Shown here in pieces: positions 13,001 through 27,400 of a stretch of 64,000 nt of DNA. The position numbers were made by a program, and so were the translations under genes. Within the stretch, counting starts at the first letter, position 1, and each line of letters begins with the position of its first letter. The notes beneath the pieces are model-generated. The model was not told the DNA's origin. It saw nothing but the letters and a program-made list of their open reading frames with translations, and made no database searches. The DNA is from Psilocybe cubensis (Eukaryota). The DNA lies in contig CM039001.1 in assembly GCA_017499595.2 (NCBI GenBank), positions 2,728,001-2,792,000 on the forward strand. The letters are read 5' to 3'.

Positions 13001-14492
13001 GCCATAAACAACCTTCTTTGTTGCCGCCGGAACGCTCCCTGAAGCTTGCTGCAAACCCTCAATTTGTACCCCGGAAGCTAAAAGAGCTTGCTTGCGGATT
13101 TCAGCCATCTGTTTCTCCTCTCGTTGTTTCTTTGTAAGTAGGCGTCCCTCTTTCTTTGCTAACTCGCGCTTGGCCTGTGCATCCCATTAATACTACCCTG
13201 ATTAACGGCGAACTGCGAATGAAACATACTTTCTCTTTGTCTTTTTTGCGTTGCTTTTCTTCCTCGCGCTTTCGTTCCTCCTCTTCTGCACGGCGCTCTT
13301 CCTCCTCAATTCGTTTTCTTTCCTCTTCCTGTATACGCCTGGCTTCTTCCTCTAGCCTTTTCTTTTCCTCCATAAGAGCTTTCAGGGCACCAATCGCACC
13401 GCCTTTCTTTTTAGTAGTGGCGGATGGTGCGGGGGTCGGCTCTTCATCTTTCTTTGCGGCCTTCTTTTTCTTCTTCTTCTTAGAGTCAGGTTTGGCTTCA
13501 GTAGCATCATCTCCGTCCTCTTCATTATTTTCTCCAGCAACAGCTTGCGTAGGTGCGAGAGTTGTAGATTCTGGAACGGCCGGTGGAGAAGGAGCAGCAT
13601 CGCCTCCTTCTGCTACCTTTTTTGCCGCTGCCTGGGCCTTCTTCTTGGCCTATGAAAACCTGATGAGTTCCGTTAATTCGTGAAATAACCGATATGAATT
13701 TCAGACCTTTTCCCTCTCTTTCTTGAGCTTTTCCTTCTCCTTCTTACTCAAAACTTTTGTTCCTGCTTCATTTTGTTCTTCATCGTCCTCTTTAGAAGCA
13801 GGTGTTTCGGTAGCAGCGGTCGGCGCCGTATCGACTGATTGCACTAGGTGAAACAGTGCCCAAGAAAATAATGCACAAAGCTGAACGCACTCTGCTTGCT
13901 ATCTTGCTCGTCTTCTTTTCCTTCCTCTTCATCGTCCTGTTGTTTAGCCTTCTTACCCTTCCCTTTTTTGTCCTTCTTCTTCTTGTCTTTTACTGAACCC
14001 CATTCCTCGTCTGCCAGCTCTTCCGCGGTGACTTCAATCGGTTTCTTAGATTCGGCCTGCGCAGGAGACTCTTCAAGGTCATCCAAATCGATTTCAACTT
14101 TATTTTTTTTCTTCTTGTCTTTGGTTCTGGCTTTCCCAGAACCCATCAATGACTAGAAACCGCGAACACAGTCAGAAAGCATTACATGGAGCCCTAAAGT
14201 TCTTACCATCAAGCCTCCCGCAGGGCCATCGTCGTCGTCTTCCCCAGGAATATCATCCACAAGACCAACTGCTGAGAAGGCGGAAAATCCTGTTTTCTTT
14301 GGTTTTGAGCTGAATGCATCGTCATCGGCGGCATCTCCGTGAGAGGTGTTGTTGGGAGCAATTGCTTCACCTGCCTTATCCCTAAAATCCACATTTTGAT
14401 CATTATCTACATGCGATGCTAAGGCTTGAGAAAACGTACCAAAAGTCGTCATCGCCCTTCTTTCCCTTCTTTCCCTTGCCTTTTGGTGCCAT
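10078..14492 (-). CDS. FUN12: Eukaryotic translation initiation factor 5B (multi-exon)
   Basis: [74 protein letters not shown]; charged low-complexity N-terminus. Confidence 0.97.
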
Positions 14493-14779
14493 ATTCTATA
14501 GATTTTCAATCAGGTAGAAGAGAGGTTGCACAATTTGAAGACTGACGTTGCGATCGTTCAAATGTCAGCGATTGGGATAATTATCAAAAACTTGTGGATA
14601 AGTCAGAACATGAACAAATCGGTACCGGCAAAATGATTGGTTCGGCTACCGTTCGGCTAGCACAGATAGAATGGATGGCTAGCAACGTGACTTCGAGGTC
14701 GCCATCAAGGCCCCTAGAACTGCATTCAATTCTATCCTAACCACCTAGCCTTCAAATCCAGCAATTCATTGCTACCACA

Positions 14780-15739
14780 ATGGGTCTTCTTACAATCATT
14801 AGGAAAAATCGTCAAAAAGAAAAGGAAATGCGTCTACTTTTTCTGTAAATTGCACCTTCTACACAGTTGGATCCTACTGATCATCCTAATCCGTCCAGTG
14901 GACTCGATAATGCGGGGAAGACCACCATCTTGAAAAAGCTCAACGGAGAGGATATTAGCAGCATAAGTCCCACGTTGGGTTTCAATATCAAGACATTTGT
15001 CCATGGAAAGTTCGTAAGTTTGAGATTCCCAACGCCTTTGTTAACCTGATTCTATTCCTTCCTTCTTGGAAGTTATACTTTGAATATCTGTGGGTTTACA
15101 CGTTTCCTTTGGGTACTCCGCCACTGACAGCGAAATTTATACTTCTAGGGGACGTTGGTGGACAACGGACTCTTCGGCCTTATTGGCGTAATTATTTCGA
15201 GCAAACGGACGCATTGGTGTGGGTGGTAGATTCAGGCGACAGAACTCGCATGCAAGATTGTAAGGATGAATTGCATAGTCTGCTAACCGAAGATGTAAGT
15301 AAGCTTTTATTCAGCGGAGTACCCCTTTCTTACTCAATTTCGGCTGTTACTTTTTAAATTATAGCGTTTAGCCGGCGCCTCTCTGCTCGTATTTGCCAAC
15401 AAACAGGATTTGCAAGGTTCCATGACCGATGCTGAAATCCGCGACGTAAGATCCGTCCTTGCGTTCGTGCGTCCAATTATATGCTCATAATACCTGGGAA
15501 TTATTACAGGTATTGGATTTAACTTCCATTACAACACATCGTTGGAGAATTTGGCCTTGCAGTGCTGTAACTGGGGCTAACCTCGTGTCTGGATTAGACT
15601 GGGTTGTGAATGACGTGGCCGGAAGGCTATACTACAGTACAAAAAATCCGGAAGTTCAAAGGAAAACAGACTCAGCCGTGAGTCTTAAATGAATCTATTG
15701 GTTTTGTGCCACTTCTGGAAGCCTGTTACCATAACCTGA
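14780..15739 (+). CDS. ARL2: ADP-ribosylation factor-like protein 2 (Arl2/Alp41/Cin4)
   Basis: [65 protein letters not shown]. The 3' end is 15692, or 15739 if a final intron starting at 15678 is spliced. Confidence 0.95.
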
Positions 15740-18644
15740 AAGCCAGGACCTTTCCGATTTTTACTCAGTCAGACTTTCTGCGACCAGCTTTCTGACTGCA
15801 GCGTTTATTCTCGCCGATGCCTTCCTGCCACTATTGTGTATCATATCGGCAATTCAATTACTGAGAATTGAAATTGTGGCTCCTACAGGTATCGGTAAAT
15901 TCGCTATGCTTGCCTATGGCGAACTACCAGTTGTGAAATACAACCCAATCTCAACTACGGCTGGCGGATTTGGTCATGAGCCTCTGCATCCGGGCAGACC
16001 TTGCCTTTCCCCGAGATTCAGTCGGTGTGATTGACCACCATCACTATCCAGCATTGTAACGTCAATGTGAATGCCCGTTCTAAGATCCTGGGACGCATTT
16101 GCTCATTGCCCCAATGCCAGTCGCTACCATCTGTATGAGCGTTGTCCGATTTTTGCTTTTTGCCCTGCTCAACCCCAAAATATTTGAATGGATGCATGTA
16201 CAGGTTGTCTGAAGCTAAAACACGTTATAGGGGGCAAAACTCGATTGGTATGTCTTCCTGTTTCTGATATTTGAATCTGATTCCCAAGACCTACTTAATC
16301 TTAATAGCAAGAACCTGTAGCTCGGTCAAATCTTTTCAATAAGTCATTTTATCTTCCAAGTTCCGAACAACGCCTTTCTTTCTCAGTAAGCCCTGATATG
16401 TATATCTTGTTACTTCTCATGTCCAGCAAGCATTATTTGATACACGTTCTTTGACAAGAAACTTGTATATGCCTTGTCGAGTATAAGCCTATTGACCCGA
16501 GATTGAATGCACAACCTGCGGGGATCTGGCTGGAATGTACTCGTATATGACAGAATATGCTCGATAGCCTCCAGTGTCTCGGCATCGCCCTAGGTGAGTA
16601 ACTTCAGTAGCGTCATTCATGCGTATCTACAAAGTCAATCACTAGACTTTGCCCTGAAATTTACTTTTCGCTTGATTTATATAATCTATTTGGACATGTC
16701 ACACTTAATGCTATATTCTGTTTCAGAGCGACATGCGTTGTTGTGGCACTTTTCCTATCTATTGGTATAAACTAAGCCCAAGCACGATCATCCACTCATT
16801 TGGGACTACCGATTCGTCCGTCGAGCGCGCAATATCTTCCTGTTCATTGCGGCTCTTCAGGTTGCAATCGCCAATAAAATAACCAAGGACTTATGAACAA
16901 CACCTCGGTTCAAATCGATCACACAATATTTGAGGCACGATGGATGTCATTGCCGAGGAGTAAGCCGAGGACGGTAGAAATGCAATCATCTCATGTTCGG
17001 GACAACCGTAGAATGCGCGGCGATACATGGCACCAACAAGGATAACGAGAGGCTCCGTCTATTTGACTGACAAATGACTGACTGAATCTGGACTCGGAGG
17101 CTCCGACGATTTCTTAGGACCTCTTTCCATGTGCAGTAGTAGTCAGGGTCGAACTTCTATAAACAATCCCTCGGTATCGTCATGGACTATTCCCATAATT
17201 GAAAAAGGTCGGACGCAGAAGGAGACTAACAACACTTCAAAGTCTTTCCGCGGTTTTGATGGACGCTAACGCCGAACGCTCAACAATTTGCAATTGCTTT
17301 GAAGACCGAGCGCTACGCTACATTGACGAATGTCCTTCCTTGCGAAGGCCACGCTGCAACTTGATGTATCCACGAATAGACAACAACACTCCTCTATTTC
17401 TGAATGATGTGACTCCAATTATAACAACCATCTACTAGCTGAGAAATCAAGCGCACTGGCCGCTTAATGGTTTTTCTTGGATTATTGGAAGGGATGAAGA
17501 AACGGATGCGAACGCCAAAGTACTACGGGGTCTTTACGTTGACGATCAACATGGAAGGAAAACGAAAACTACTGAACAGTTACAAAGTGGTTCCATGAAA
17601 ACCGAGTCTCTATCAAATGAGCCTTGTATTATCATTGGAGAGCGGGCCAGAGGAACATACTTTCGACGCTGGCAACAGTGACGATCAAAGGACCTGCTTT
17701 CGACGGACCACAAGACCCTGCCGATTTGGGGGCCGTTTAAAACTAGCAGAGTTTCCGTATGATGTTTGTGGAACGGCCAATTGATGAGTTCCTGTGTTGG
17801 AGAAATATGTCTGCTGGAGCGGAGGAGTCAAAAGGCTATCGAGATCAAGGTATTTTTGGTGGCATCTATGCCGAGAGGTTGTCGGTGGTTTTAAAGATCT
17901 GATGGGTATGGAATCTTAACATATTCACGAGGTAAACCCCAGTGCAATCTGGGATTCTGATTGGCATCGTGGGTGTTGGTGACTTATTCCTCCAAGATTT
18001 CAGTTTTATCAAAGAGGAAGTCAAACCTGACAGCCACGTGGAAGTAATTGTGAGTGCACGATTTCTGTTCTTGAGACTAATCTAGGAGACCGTGATCTCA
18101 GTTGACGAGGACAGTTCCAGCAGACCTGTACACAGAAGCGAGGTTCATTCTCGCAGCGCCCTTCCGCAGGCTTTGAACACTTTCTATTACGCCGTGCTGT
18201 CGGGCGCTGGGAGGCAACTCTGCGGAGGGGATCTGGAAATTCTATGTTCTGCTGCACTGAGAGCCTGTGATGTGATCAGGTTCGCGTGTGGAAGGCTTCT
18301 GTTGTGAGTACAAGCTTCCTTTCCACGGTGGTGTCCCCATTAAGCTTATGACCCATATCGAGAACTTAGATAGAACGACCCTGTAGGATGCGCAAAGCAT
18401 ATCCACGCTTTCATGCATTTCCATTCGCGTTGATTATGATTCATCGCGAATCCTCCCTCTTGGTTTGACACAGATTTATCTCCAAATTTGCCGATCTTCA
18501 TCCCTGGCCAAGGGAAGATGTCCAATTCTATCCGTCGCGCCGTTGACTCCCAGCATATAAGGTCCACTGCTTTTTCCACTTAACTCATTCTCCATCCCGC
18601 TCCGCAGCCTTTTCGAGCTCCCCGCACATTCAACTCATTTTGCA

Positions 18645-20619
18645 ATGTCGTCCACGCAGTCAACTACTTGTGTCCACTTCGCATCCCCGTCTAAAAACGG
18701 GTTTGCATCATCCTCATTGCTATCACTATCGACCTTCAGTCCAAGATCATGGGCTGTTTCATTCGGTAATTTGATACTATATTTCATCATCATTTGTGCA
18801 CAATTTCCAACGCACACTACACAGCACGCTCCTCAATACTCGCCGTCCTCGAAAACGCTATTACTGTCGGACATCTCACAATCTCCGACTCGGAAGGGAC
18901 GTACTATTATGGGAAATACCATAAAGGTTGCAATGACGTTCACCTTCATATTGTGAACGACAATTTCTGGTTCCGTATTATGCTGTAAGCGCCCATTCAA
19001 TAATTAAGCTCTGAGTTGTTTTACTTACATTGCATTCTAGTTCAGGTGACCTCGGATGTATGCTTTGCTTTTGTGTCCACGTATTTCAGTTCACTTACCT
19101 GATGATTTTATCCCAGTCAGTGAAGCTTACATGATTGGAGACGTACAAGTATCTTCGTTGAAGGGTGCCATGGATGTAAGCAGGTCTTTCTCAGTGTCGC
19201 TTTTGAATTGTAACTCACAGTTCTTCCGATTGGCAGATCTGGCTTCAAAACCAATCTGGCATGGAAGATACACTATCTTCGACCATAGCAAAAATTTCTT
19301 CGGCAGTCTCCAGCTTATACAATAACCTCCTTGGTCAAACACGATCACAAGCACGGTTAAACGCCATCGCTAGCTACGACCAGTCGAATGAGCTATTCAA
19401 AGTACGTTCTTCAAACGTATTTTTATCGCATTGTTTATTTATCATCCCATTTAGGCTTTCCTGAGTAAAGAAATGATGTACTCTTGCGCCTTGTGGAGTG
19501 AGGCAGAAGGAGGCGTACGCGGAGATCTTGAAATGGGACCCAGTCCTGGTGACCTCGAAACTGCACAGCTTCGAAAAATTAGACATGTTCTTCGGGCTGC
19601 TAGAGTTAAACCTGGCCATCGTATTCTTGAGTTTGGTAGTGGATGGGGCGGCCTTGCAATTGAGGTACGAATTTCAAAATCATGTCAGAATTGCTTTAAA
19701 GTTCATGTATACTCTTAAAGGCTGCAAAATCTTTCGGCTGTGAAGTCGATACGTTAACGTTATCGATTGAACAGAAAAAGCTCGCTGAAGAGCGTATAAA
19801 AGAAGCCGGCTTGGAAAGCCGCATCCGGGTGCACCTCCTTGACTACCGCGAAATTCCCGCCGAATTCGAGAAAGCTTTCGATGCTTTTGTCAGTGTTGAA
19901 ATGCTGGAGGTAAGCTTTGATGAATTCATGGATCTGGGGTCGACGTTGATCAACTTCTTTAGCATGTTGGGTCTAAATACTATAATCTATACTTCAAACT
20001 AGTGGACTTTGCTCTCAAATCAAAAAACGCTACTGCCGTTGTTACCGCATCCACCTTCCCCGAATCCAGATACTCTAGCTACCAGTAGGTTCTGTTCAGA
20101 ACTAGTAAAATGGTCTATTTGCTGATCGGTCCTCAAAGAGCTGAAGACTTTATGCGAAAATACATGTGGCCAAACTCGTGCCTACCGAGTGCTACCGCCC
20201 TCATTACCGCTGCACAGACCGCATCGCAAGGTCGCTTTACTTTGGAGGGCGTAGAAAACCATGCAGCTCGTGAGTAATATTTGACAGGCAAGCTGAATAT
20301 ACTGACTGATACGAGTTTGAATAGATTATCCTCGAACTCTACGAGAGTGGGGAAGAAGATTGGAAGCCAATCTTACACAAGATATGATTGCCAAAGACTA
20401 TCCATCTCTACATGATCAATCCGATTATGCAGCTTTCAAACGGAAATGGCAGTACCTGTTCGCATATGCCGGTGCTGGATTTTCAAAAGGTTACATTACA
20501 TGTCATATGATTACTTTTATCCGTGATGTCAGTTCTAAATCACTTTCTTTTGCATGTTCGAGAGACTTACCCTTCCACCTATTATCCAGAACGACGCCCC
20601 AATTCTCCAATGCGATTAA
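18645..20619 (+). CDS. cfs1: Cyclopropane-fatty-acyl-phospholipid synthase (SAM methyltransferase)
   Basis: YDQSNELF, MMYSCALW, ILEFGSGWGG (SAM motif), TLSIEQ, DYREI, FDAFVSVEMLEHVG, FMRKYMWP, YPRTLREW. Confidence 0.93.
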
Positions 20620-21420
20620 AAGTCTCTAGTATTGACTGGGCTAGTTTACCAGCCCCGAAATATGAAGAGGAGAGCAGTATAACAACAACTCAACACTGTA
20701 TTTTTATCACTATACTGTATTGGACTTATTATATTCTATTAGACATTTTAGAGTATTTAGCGCATAACATCTAGGGAGGAACCGCATTTAGAACCACATG
20801 TAACTTTACTATCATATGCAATGGAACATCATATTTTTTCCACTCTTTACAAGCTGTGCCAACTGTCAACTTTTGTGAAAAACTTACTCACAAACCTTGG
20901 ATATTAAGTTTGTCGCCATTTTTGGGTGCTTCTTTCTTGATTGGGATATATCTTCCTGCCTTTGCGGAGCTATGCAGAGAATATCCGAACAGGAAATCAA
21001 TTTTTGTGAGAATCGACATATAAGACTCGGTATTGTGTCTGGTTCCGATAGGCTGTCATTGAGTACTGATTAAATGATCTCTCCTCGGTCATATGATGTC
21101 ATGTCTTTTTTTGGCAAGTCTCTCGTCTTTTATGGTATTGCAAAATAAAATGGAGGTGATTTTCTCCTAACTATTTGCATGCTTTCGGTGATAGGGGTCA
21201 AGCAATATGGAAACAATTTTTTATTGATTTTCCTATTATCGGATGATCAAGGGTATCTTTCCGGGTAAAACGACACAACAGACACCGTGAGGGGTGCCAG
21301 ATAGAATGTACATGATGGGGTAGATGTCTACTAATGGATGAATGAAAGGACATGTTTGTAACGACACAGCAATAGGAGATAATTAACATTAGAGATATAG
21401 GCAGTGCCATTGGCACGCAG

Positions 21421-24400
21421 TCAAGTTTGAGGCAATCGAGTGGGATCTAACTTGGTTATCCACGACTGTAATTCCTTAGGGGTTGGGGCGGCGAGAGCAT
21501 GGGAGTTCGAAGACGTGAATAGAGTAAAGGAGTTAGGCTTCTAGAAAATGGTAACAGTGAGAATGTGTATTTGATACAGCGCCACTTTACTCACCCCAAG
21601 CAACGACTCTTTATGAGGGTCGCTTTCAACATTAACTCCTGTTAGGCTGATTATACCTGTTTCTTCCAGCTCGTTGGAGTGAGCAAAAATGTGAAGGTAG
21701 GGCCTGATAGATCGATCAGAAGGGAAATCAGATGACGAGTAGATATTGTTACCTCTTCAAAACAAACCACTTTCGTTCCCAGATATCCTGACTGGCATCT
21801 GTGAGGATCATCAGATGACCTTTTTTCGTTGAGCCGTCGCTGTGTGTTCAAATGAATTTCAAGCGGAAGACGATGCAGTGGAACGCAAATACCTCCGGGG
21901 AACAACTTTGGTTTCGGAGGTTAACTTTAAACCATCAGGTACTGGTCTGTCCGGCGTTTGTTTAGATGTACCGTTTTCCTCAGGGTCGGCAGGGTCTTGA
22001 CTCAAAATAATCTGATAAGGATAGACGATTAGTAATGCCACTGTATCGGATGAACAGAACTAACTTTTCCACGGTGTCCAAATTGTTTCTGCCACAAAGA
22101 AACGGATTTTCTCAGCAGGTCGTTTGCTCGCCATGCGAGTGTATCCTGAGCGATGGGTTTAGGAGGCGAGGCAGTCAAAATGACTCTAATAGCCTGAACA
22201 TCGGCCGCCCGTCTTTCTGTTGTAATCAATCTGGAATAATCTTCCACAACAGATATCCCCCGAGGTTTCCAGATACCAAGACTTTCTTCTCCTCTGACAT
22301 ACTTCTCCGATGTATCTAGCCGCCATAAATCTTTCGCAGAACGCGTTAAAGGTGGCGATAACCGCACAGTGAATAGAGTGCTAGTCTTGGACAAGATTTT
22401 GCTGGATCCGAAAAACGTGAGAATTTTTGAAGGTGGACCAGCGTCTCGAGTCTGCATGGCGACTGCAATGTCCATACTAAATTGTACGGGATCACTGCAG
22501 ATTTCGACCGCAATTGCCCATGTAATTTGCACCATGACACGCTGATTAGATGCAGTGACACGGTTGAGAAGAACAGAATCGTGTACACTGGAATCCCAGA
22601 GAGCTTCACCAGTAAGTGTACCTGACCCGTCGGGTTTAAATTCAACAATTTGATCTTGGAGCAGCGGCAGTGTGACAAGTGCCTTCGAAGACGAATCATG
22701 GATGCGGCCTTTAGCATCGAGGAGGCGAACGTTCCCAATGCGAACCTTTGTAAACTCCTGCCATGGAAGCTGCTGACCAGAGTTTGACGACAATGAAATG
22801 ACGATACGCCTCTGCAATCCTTGATGTAATGAAAATACACCCGGGTCAAGGTTACCCTGCGAAAGAACTGGAACTGGAATATAAGAGCCTTCCGGCCCAA
22901 GTTCACATATCTGCAACCACGCGACTACGTCATGCACCTGCTCTACCACAAAGTCGGTTTCAGAACGGCGCATTAGAGGTAGGGTGGCCGGCCGTGGTTC
23001 TGGGGATGGTGAGGTCGAATTGGGACGTATGAACTGTTTTTGTTCCCTCAATTCATCCCATCGCTCCATCCGTTCCAGATAGGTGGGTTTAAGAGCGGCA
23101 AAAAATTCAATAGGAGCATAACCCTGTCGCAGGTGGTTCAGGACCCTGGACGTTGTGATAACAGAGAAATTGCGCCTAAATTTGAGCTCGGAGAGAGAGG
23201 ATACATCCATGTCCAAGGCCGGTGATGGAAATACTTCTTCAGCGGTGACTGATGTGCCTACAAATGAAGACAGCCGCACTTGAAGATGTACACCTCGAAA
23301 ATCATGTGAAGATAAGCCTCTGACTTGATCAATAGTGAGGAAAAAAGTCAGTTTGCTTCCTGGGGGGACTGTTCCAGGTGCTGGTGACGATGATCGGGTG
23401 GGTGGAGACGAGTGATATTTGGAAGAGAGCACAACATTGACGATCTTGATGTCAACTCTACATGAGCCGATGGCTTCAGATGTGTAGCGACAGAATATGG
23501 GTACTGTAGAAGTCGACGATAATTTCCGAGAAAGTGTCGCCAATGAAATGAGAGCATTTCCAATGAAGGAATACTCTGGGGGAGGGGAGTCAAAGAAAGG
23601 TTCGTCGGAGGAGAAATGTTGTGTGTACGAAGGCCGGTCAATATACGTCGTTAAATTTCGCATTCGTTGCATTTGCTGCTGCATACGGTCCAAAGACCAT
23701 GCATAAATGGCATTATGTCTTTTATCGAGTACTTTAACAGCAACAGATGGTTGAGTTGCAGAAGCCAATATGGGGTCCGCGACGTCACCGAATTCACCAA
23801 GACCGGCTATAGTATCCACAGCCGACGTTGGGGCAGCTAAAGAACCTCCAGATGCGATGGTGAAATTATATGATACCTCTTTCCGAAGCTCCTTGCTTGA
23901 GTAAAGATTAATATACATCGTAGAGACAACAATAAAAACTGCACCTGATAACGTTGGCCTCTTTGATCATGACTGCGTTTGTTAAAATTATTTCCGCCAT
24001 CGAGAACGAGCGATGTGCTCTCCATCGATCTAGCACCTTTCTGATCAACCTTAGCTGGCGTGCAGAAAAGACGACAGGTTCGAAGTCCAATCCGACTACG
24101 TCGTTGTCGCCTCTAGCTCGGGCTTCGATGAGCCGTTTCATTTGCGTGCGGACGAGCCGCAGCTGGTGCTCCATATGCTCCTTCTCGATTTTGAGATCTT
24201 CGGCTTCGTTAGTCTCTCCTCCAATTTCCTGCAGCCTATTTTCTAACTGATCTTGAACCTCTTTGAGATCGCCATCGACTGCTGGACTTCCAGTGTAACT
24301 CGGTCCCGCATACAGGCTAGTGTCATCCGTATTAGCATCGCTAGTTTGTGGTCTGCTAGTTTCACTCCAGATGTCGTCAACTTGACTCAGACTACTCTCC

Positions 24401-27400
24401 GGACGAGCTTTCGAATTATGATCTCGCAGAGTCTTGACTTTCGTGATTTTCTCGAATAGTTTATTCAAGTCCTCATCAGGAAGGTTGTCAAGAGCAGGGT
24501 CCAAACCCAGTTTTGCGAAGGCCGCTTCACGCTTCGCAAAGTTCCAATCGACGTCGAATTGTTCATCAGTCGAGGATGTGGGTGATTGTGGGCGCGGTGA
24601 ATTCTCGCTGTCAATGTCGCCAGCGGAGACGCTTAGGTGCATATTTGTTTTCATGGTAGCCCTATCCCGCTGCCTACGCACTTCCTCTGGATTATTGAAC
24701 CTGAATACATGATTATCCCCTGCAAGCCAAAGTGTCAGAATCGAGGTTCAAGCCTTGTAAGGTCAATTTCGTATACGGACCGAGAATGATCCGGAACCCA
24801 GAGCGAAGCTTATGAGGCTGAGCAACGAAAGAAATGAATACGTTTTTTCCTTCTTCCATATTTTGTTTATGCGCTTACTTGTCCTGGCTCAAGCTGCTTG
24901 CCATTTAAAAACTGCAAACGATATGAAGTATCAATCATACTTTCGTGCAGATTGTAAAGGAAGATCTTACTGTAACGCTGTTTGGCATGCACACGATCGT
25001 AACCTTGCCTTCTGTGTTCTCGAAATAGCAGTGCTCCTCGAGGATGTTATCTCCACTCAGCCGAATTGCGGCAGGGAGTTCACTATCAAGTCGGCCAATC
25101 TACATAAAGCAGCATCAGAGTCAAAAGAAAGAAACGCAAATCAGGTGTCGTGCCGTAAGGAAAACGCAAGTCTGCAAGGAAGGGATACGTACCATAGTCT
25201 TTCCTGGTTTAAGCTGGTAGATTAAGCACTCGCTCATAAGTGGATCTTGGAGCAAAGTGAGTCAGTTAACATCGGGATTGCCGGAGAGCAGTCTTTTGCG
25301 ACTGCAGCGGCGTGGGCGTACCTTCATTCTACACAATATTAATAGTTAATTTAGATTATTGACACCGCAAACACGCAATGAAACATAACGCAATACGCAC
25401 TAAATTAACAAGATGAGGCATCTAATATCCCGGGTTATTAGTCGTTGGCACTTATTGATGAAACTCCAGTAAAATGACCCGGACTCACCTTCTTTGGTGT
25501 ATGGACACCGACGAGATTCTTTTCCACCGTAATGCCCAGTTCCTCGAGAGCCTTCTCCCGTTCCTTCTGCACCTCTTGAGTTCTTTGCAGTTTCTCTTCC
25601 CAAGTCTCATTCAAACTCTCCATAAGTTTCTCGCTCGCCTCCATTTGCTCCTGGAGCTCTGCTTTCGTGACTGTCTTGATCCGACCGTCCTTTGTTTGGT
25701 ATGTTACTTTTTGCTTTTCTGGAGGTACACTAGGATCGTATGTAGATTCCGAAGTTGCACCGGCAACGCGCGCTATTATTTGATAGCAAGAAACAAGGAA
25801 AGAAGATAAAAACGGTCGGCATCGTACGGATAGTTTTTTTTTTTTGCAAGTGCGTTGAAATCGTACCTTTCAGCATCTCGAGCTCTTCTTTGAGTTCACG
25901 CACGAGCTTCGCGTTCGGATCCTCGTTCACCACCGCCTTGTTCTTGATCTTCTTCGCCTGATCGGCATACCGCAGCGTACTCAATGTTTCCTCGTAATCA
26001 GCTGGTGCGATGGCCGCAATCATAGCCGTCTTCGAATTACCACCAAGACTGTCCTTGAGCAGCCAGGTGAGTACCTGAGGAGACGAAGCAAAGACACAGA
26101 TTCCAGTACGTCAGCGATCAGACAAGGGACCGAAAGAAAAGAAAGAAAAGAGATAGTTGCGACAATCACGCACGGAATCGCGATAAGGGACGAAGTCCTC
26201 CGCTTTGCCCTTCTTGCCCTTCTTGCCTTCGTTCTGGCTCGCCATCGCCAGCGACGAGATGACCTTACCGAGAGTGGTCAGCGACTTATTGATATTGGCA
26301 CCCTCTTTTAGCCGCTGGCCCGTCGCGCCCGTTGAGTTTGCGCGTTCAGATCCTGCCAGATCGACCAGGCTAGGAAGAGACAAAAATGGTTGAAGCGCGT
26401 TAATTGAGGTGCATGTGGTTGGTGAAAACTCGTGCAGCGATACTCACCTGATGCGCGAGACTTTCTCTGTCTCTAAGTTTGTGGCCTCATCTCGTTTTTT
26501 CATCGTCAGAAGAAGCGTAAATACGGCATGAGAACGGGAGGAACTGAACGAAAAGAAAGAAATGGTGCAAGAGTGCCATGCAAATATGAGAATCAGAAAG
26601 TTGGTTCTGCAAAGAGAAACGTACGTTTCGTTCATGTTTGTTGCGGCCACCGTACGTGCCTTATTACCCTCGTCCATGAGGGTCATCATTTCATCGTAAC
26701 TTCCAACGACCAACTTGCTCAGATCCTCGACGTAAGGTCCTAAGCTCGGATGCTCACGAACCCTGAGGTTTCCTGTGTTCTTTGGATTGAGCAAGTCCCG
26801 TACTTTCTCGTTGTAGATCTAGGGGTTGTAACGGTTATTTTTAGACGTGAATAAACGGGGTGCATCTGCGCACTTCGATATATGAAACTTCAACAGTGAA
26901 GTTGAGATTTGGGTCATCCGCTTTCTTGTTGTTCACTCGTTCGAACAATTCAGAGCATGTGAGCGGAATTATCCCCTTGTCGGCACCGTCTAAAGGTAAT
27001 AGGAGGTTGTGAACATTGCAGATGGTGAAACAATTGTCGACTTACACCCCATCATACTAATTCCTTGATCAATCAGCGTCTATAAACCAATTAAGCTCTA
27101 TACGTGCTCACCTGTAAGATTTTCCAGACCCTGAGTGCAGCACTCTGTTTTAGTCCCAACATGCAACGCTGACTGATGGGGAGGACATACCAGTTTGACC
27201 ATCTTGAGTCAATTCGTGACAGTCAGTACAGCAGTACAGCATGAAAAAGTACCACTTACAAGCAAGAATGCAAGCATTAAACCCAGAAAATCCATGATCT
27301 AAAAGTTCCTTTCCCAAGTCGTCGTACAGAGTCTGTTGTGAGCAATACCCAGGATCGTCTCGAGGACCAGCTGACCAGTAACTCTTGTCAAAGCTAAAGG

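Noticed and set aside
10866-14156. Long plus-strand ORFs over eIF5B (e.g. 10866-11276, 12370-12816, 13156-13683)
   Set aside because: Antisense shadows of a charged, low-complexity coding region; S/F-rich with no independent features.
1673-20619. Lipid or secondary-metabolite gene cluster (lipase, permease, CFS)
   Set aside because: The genes are interspersed with core housekeeping genes and there is no backbone synthase.
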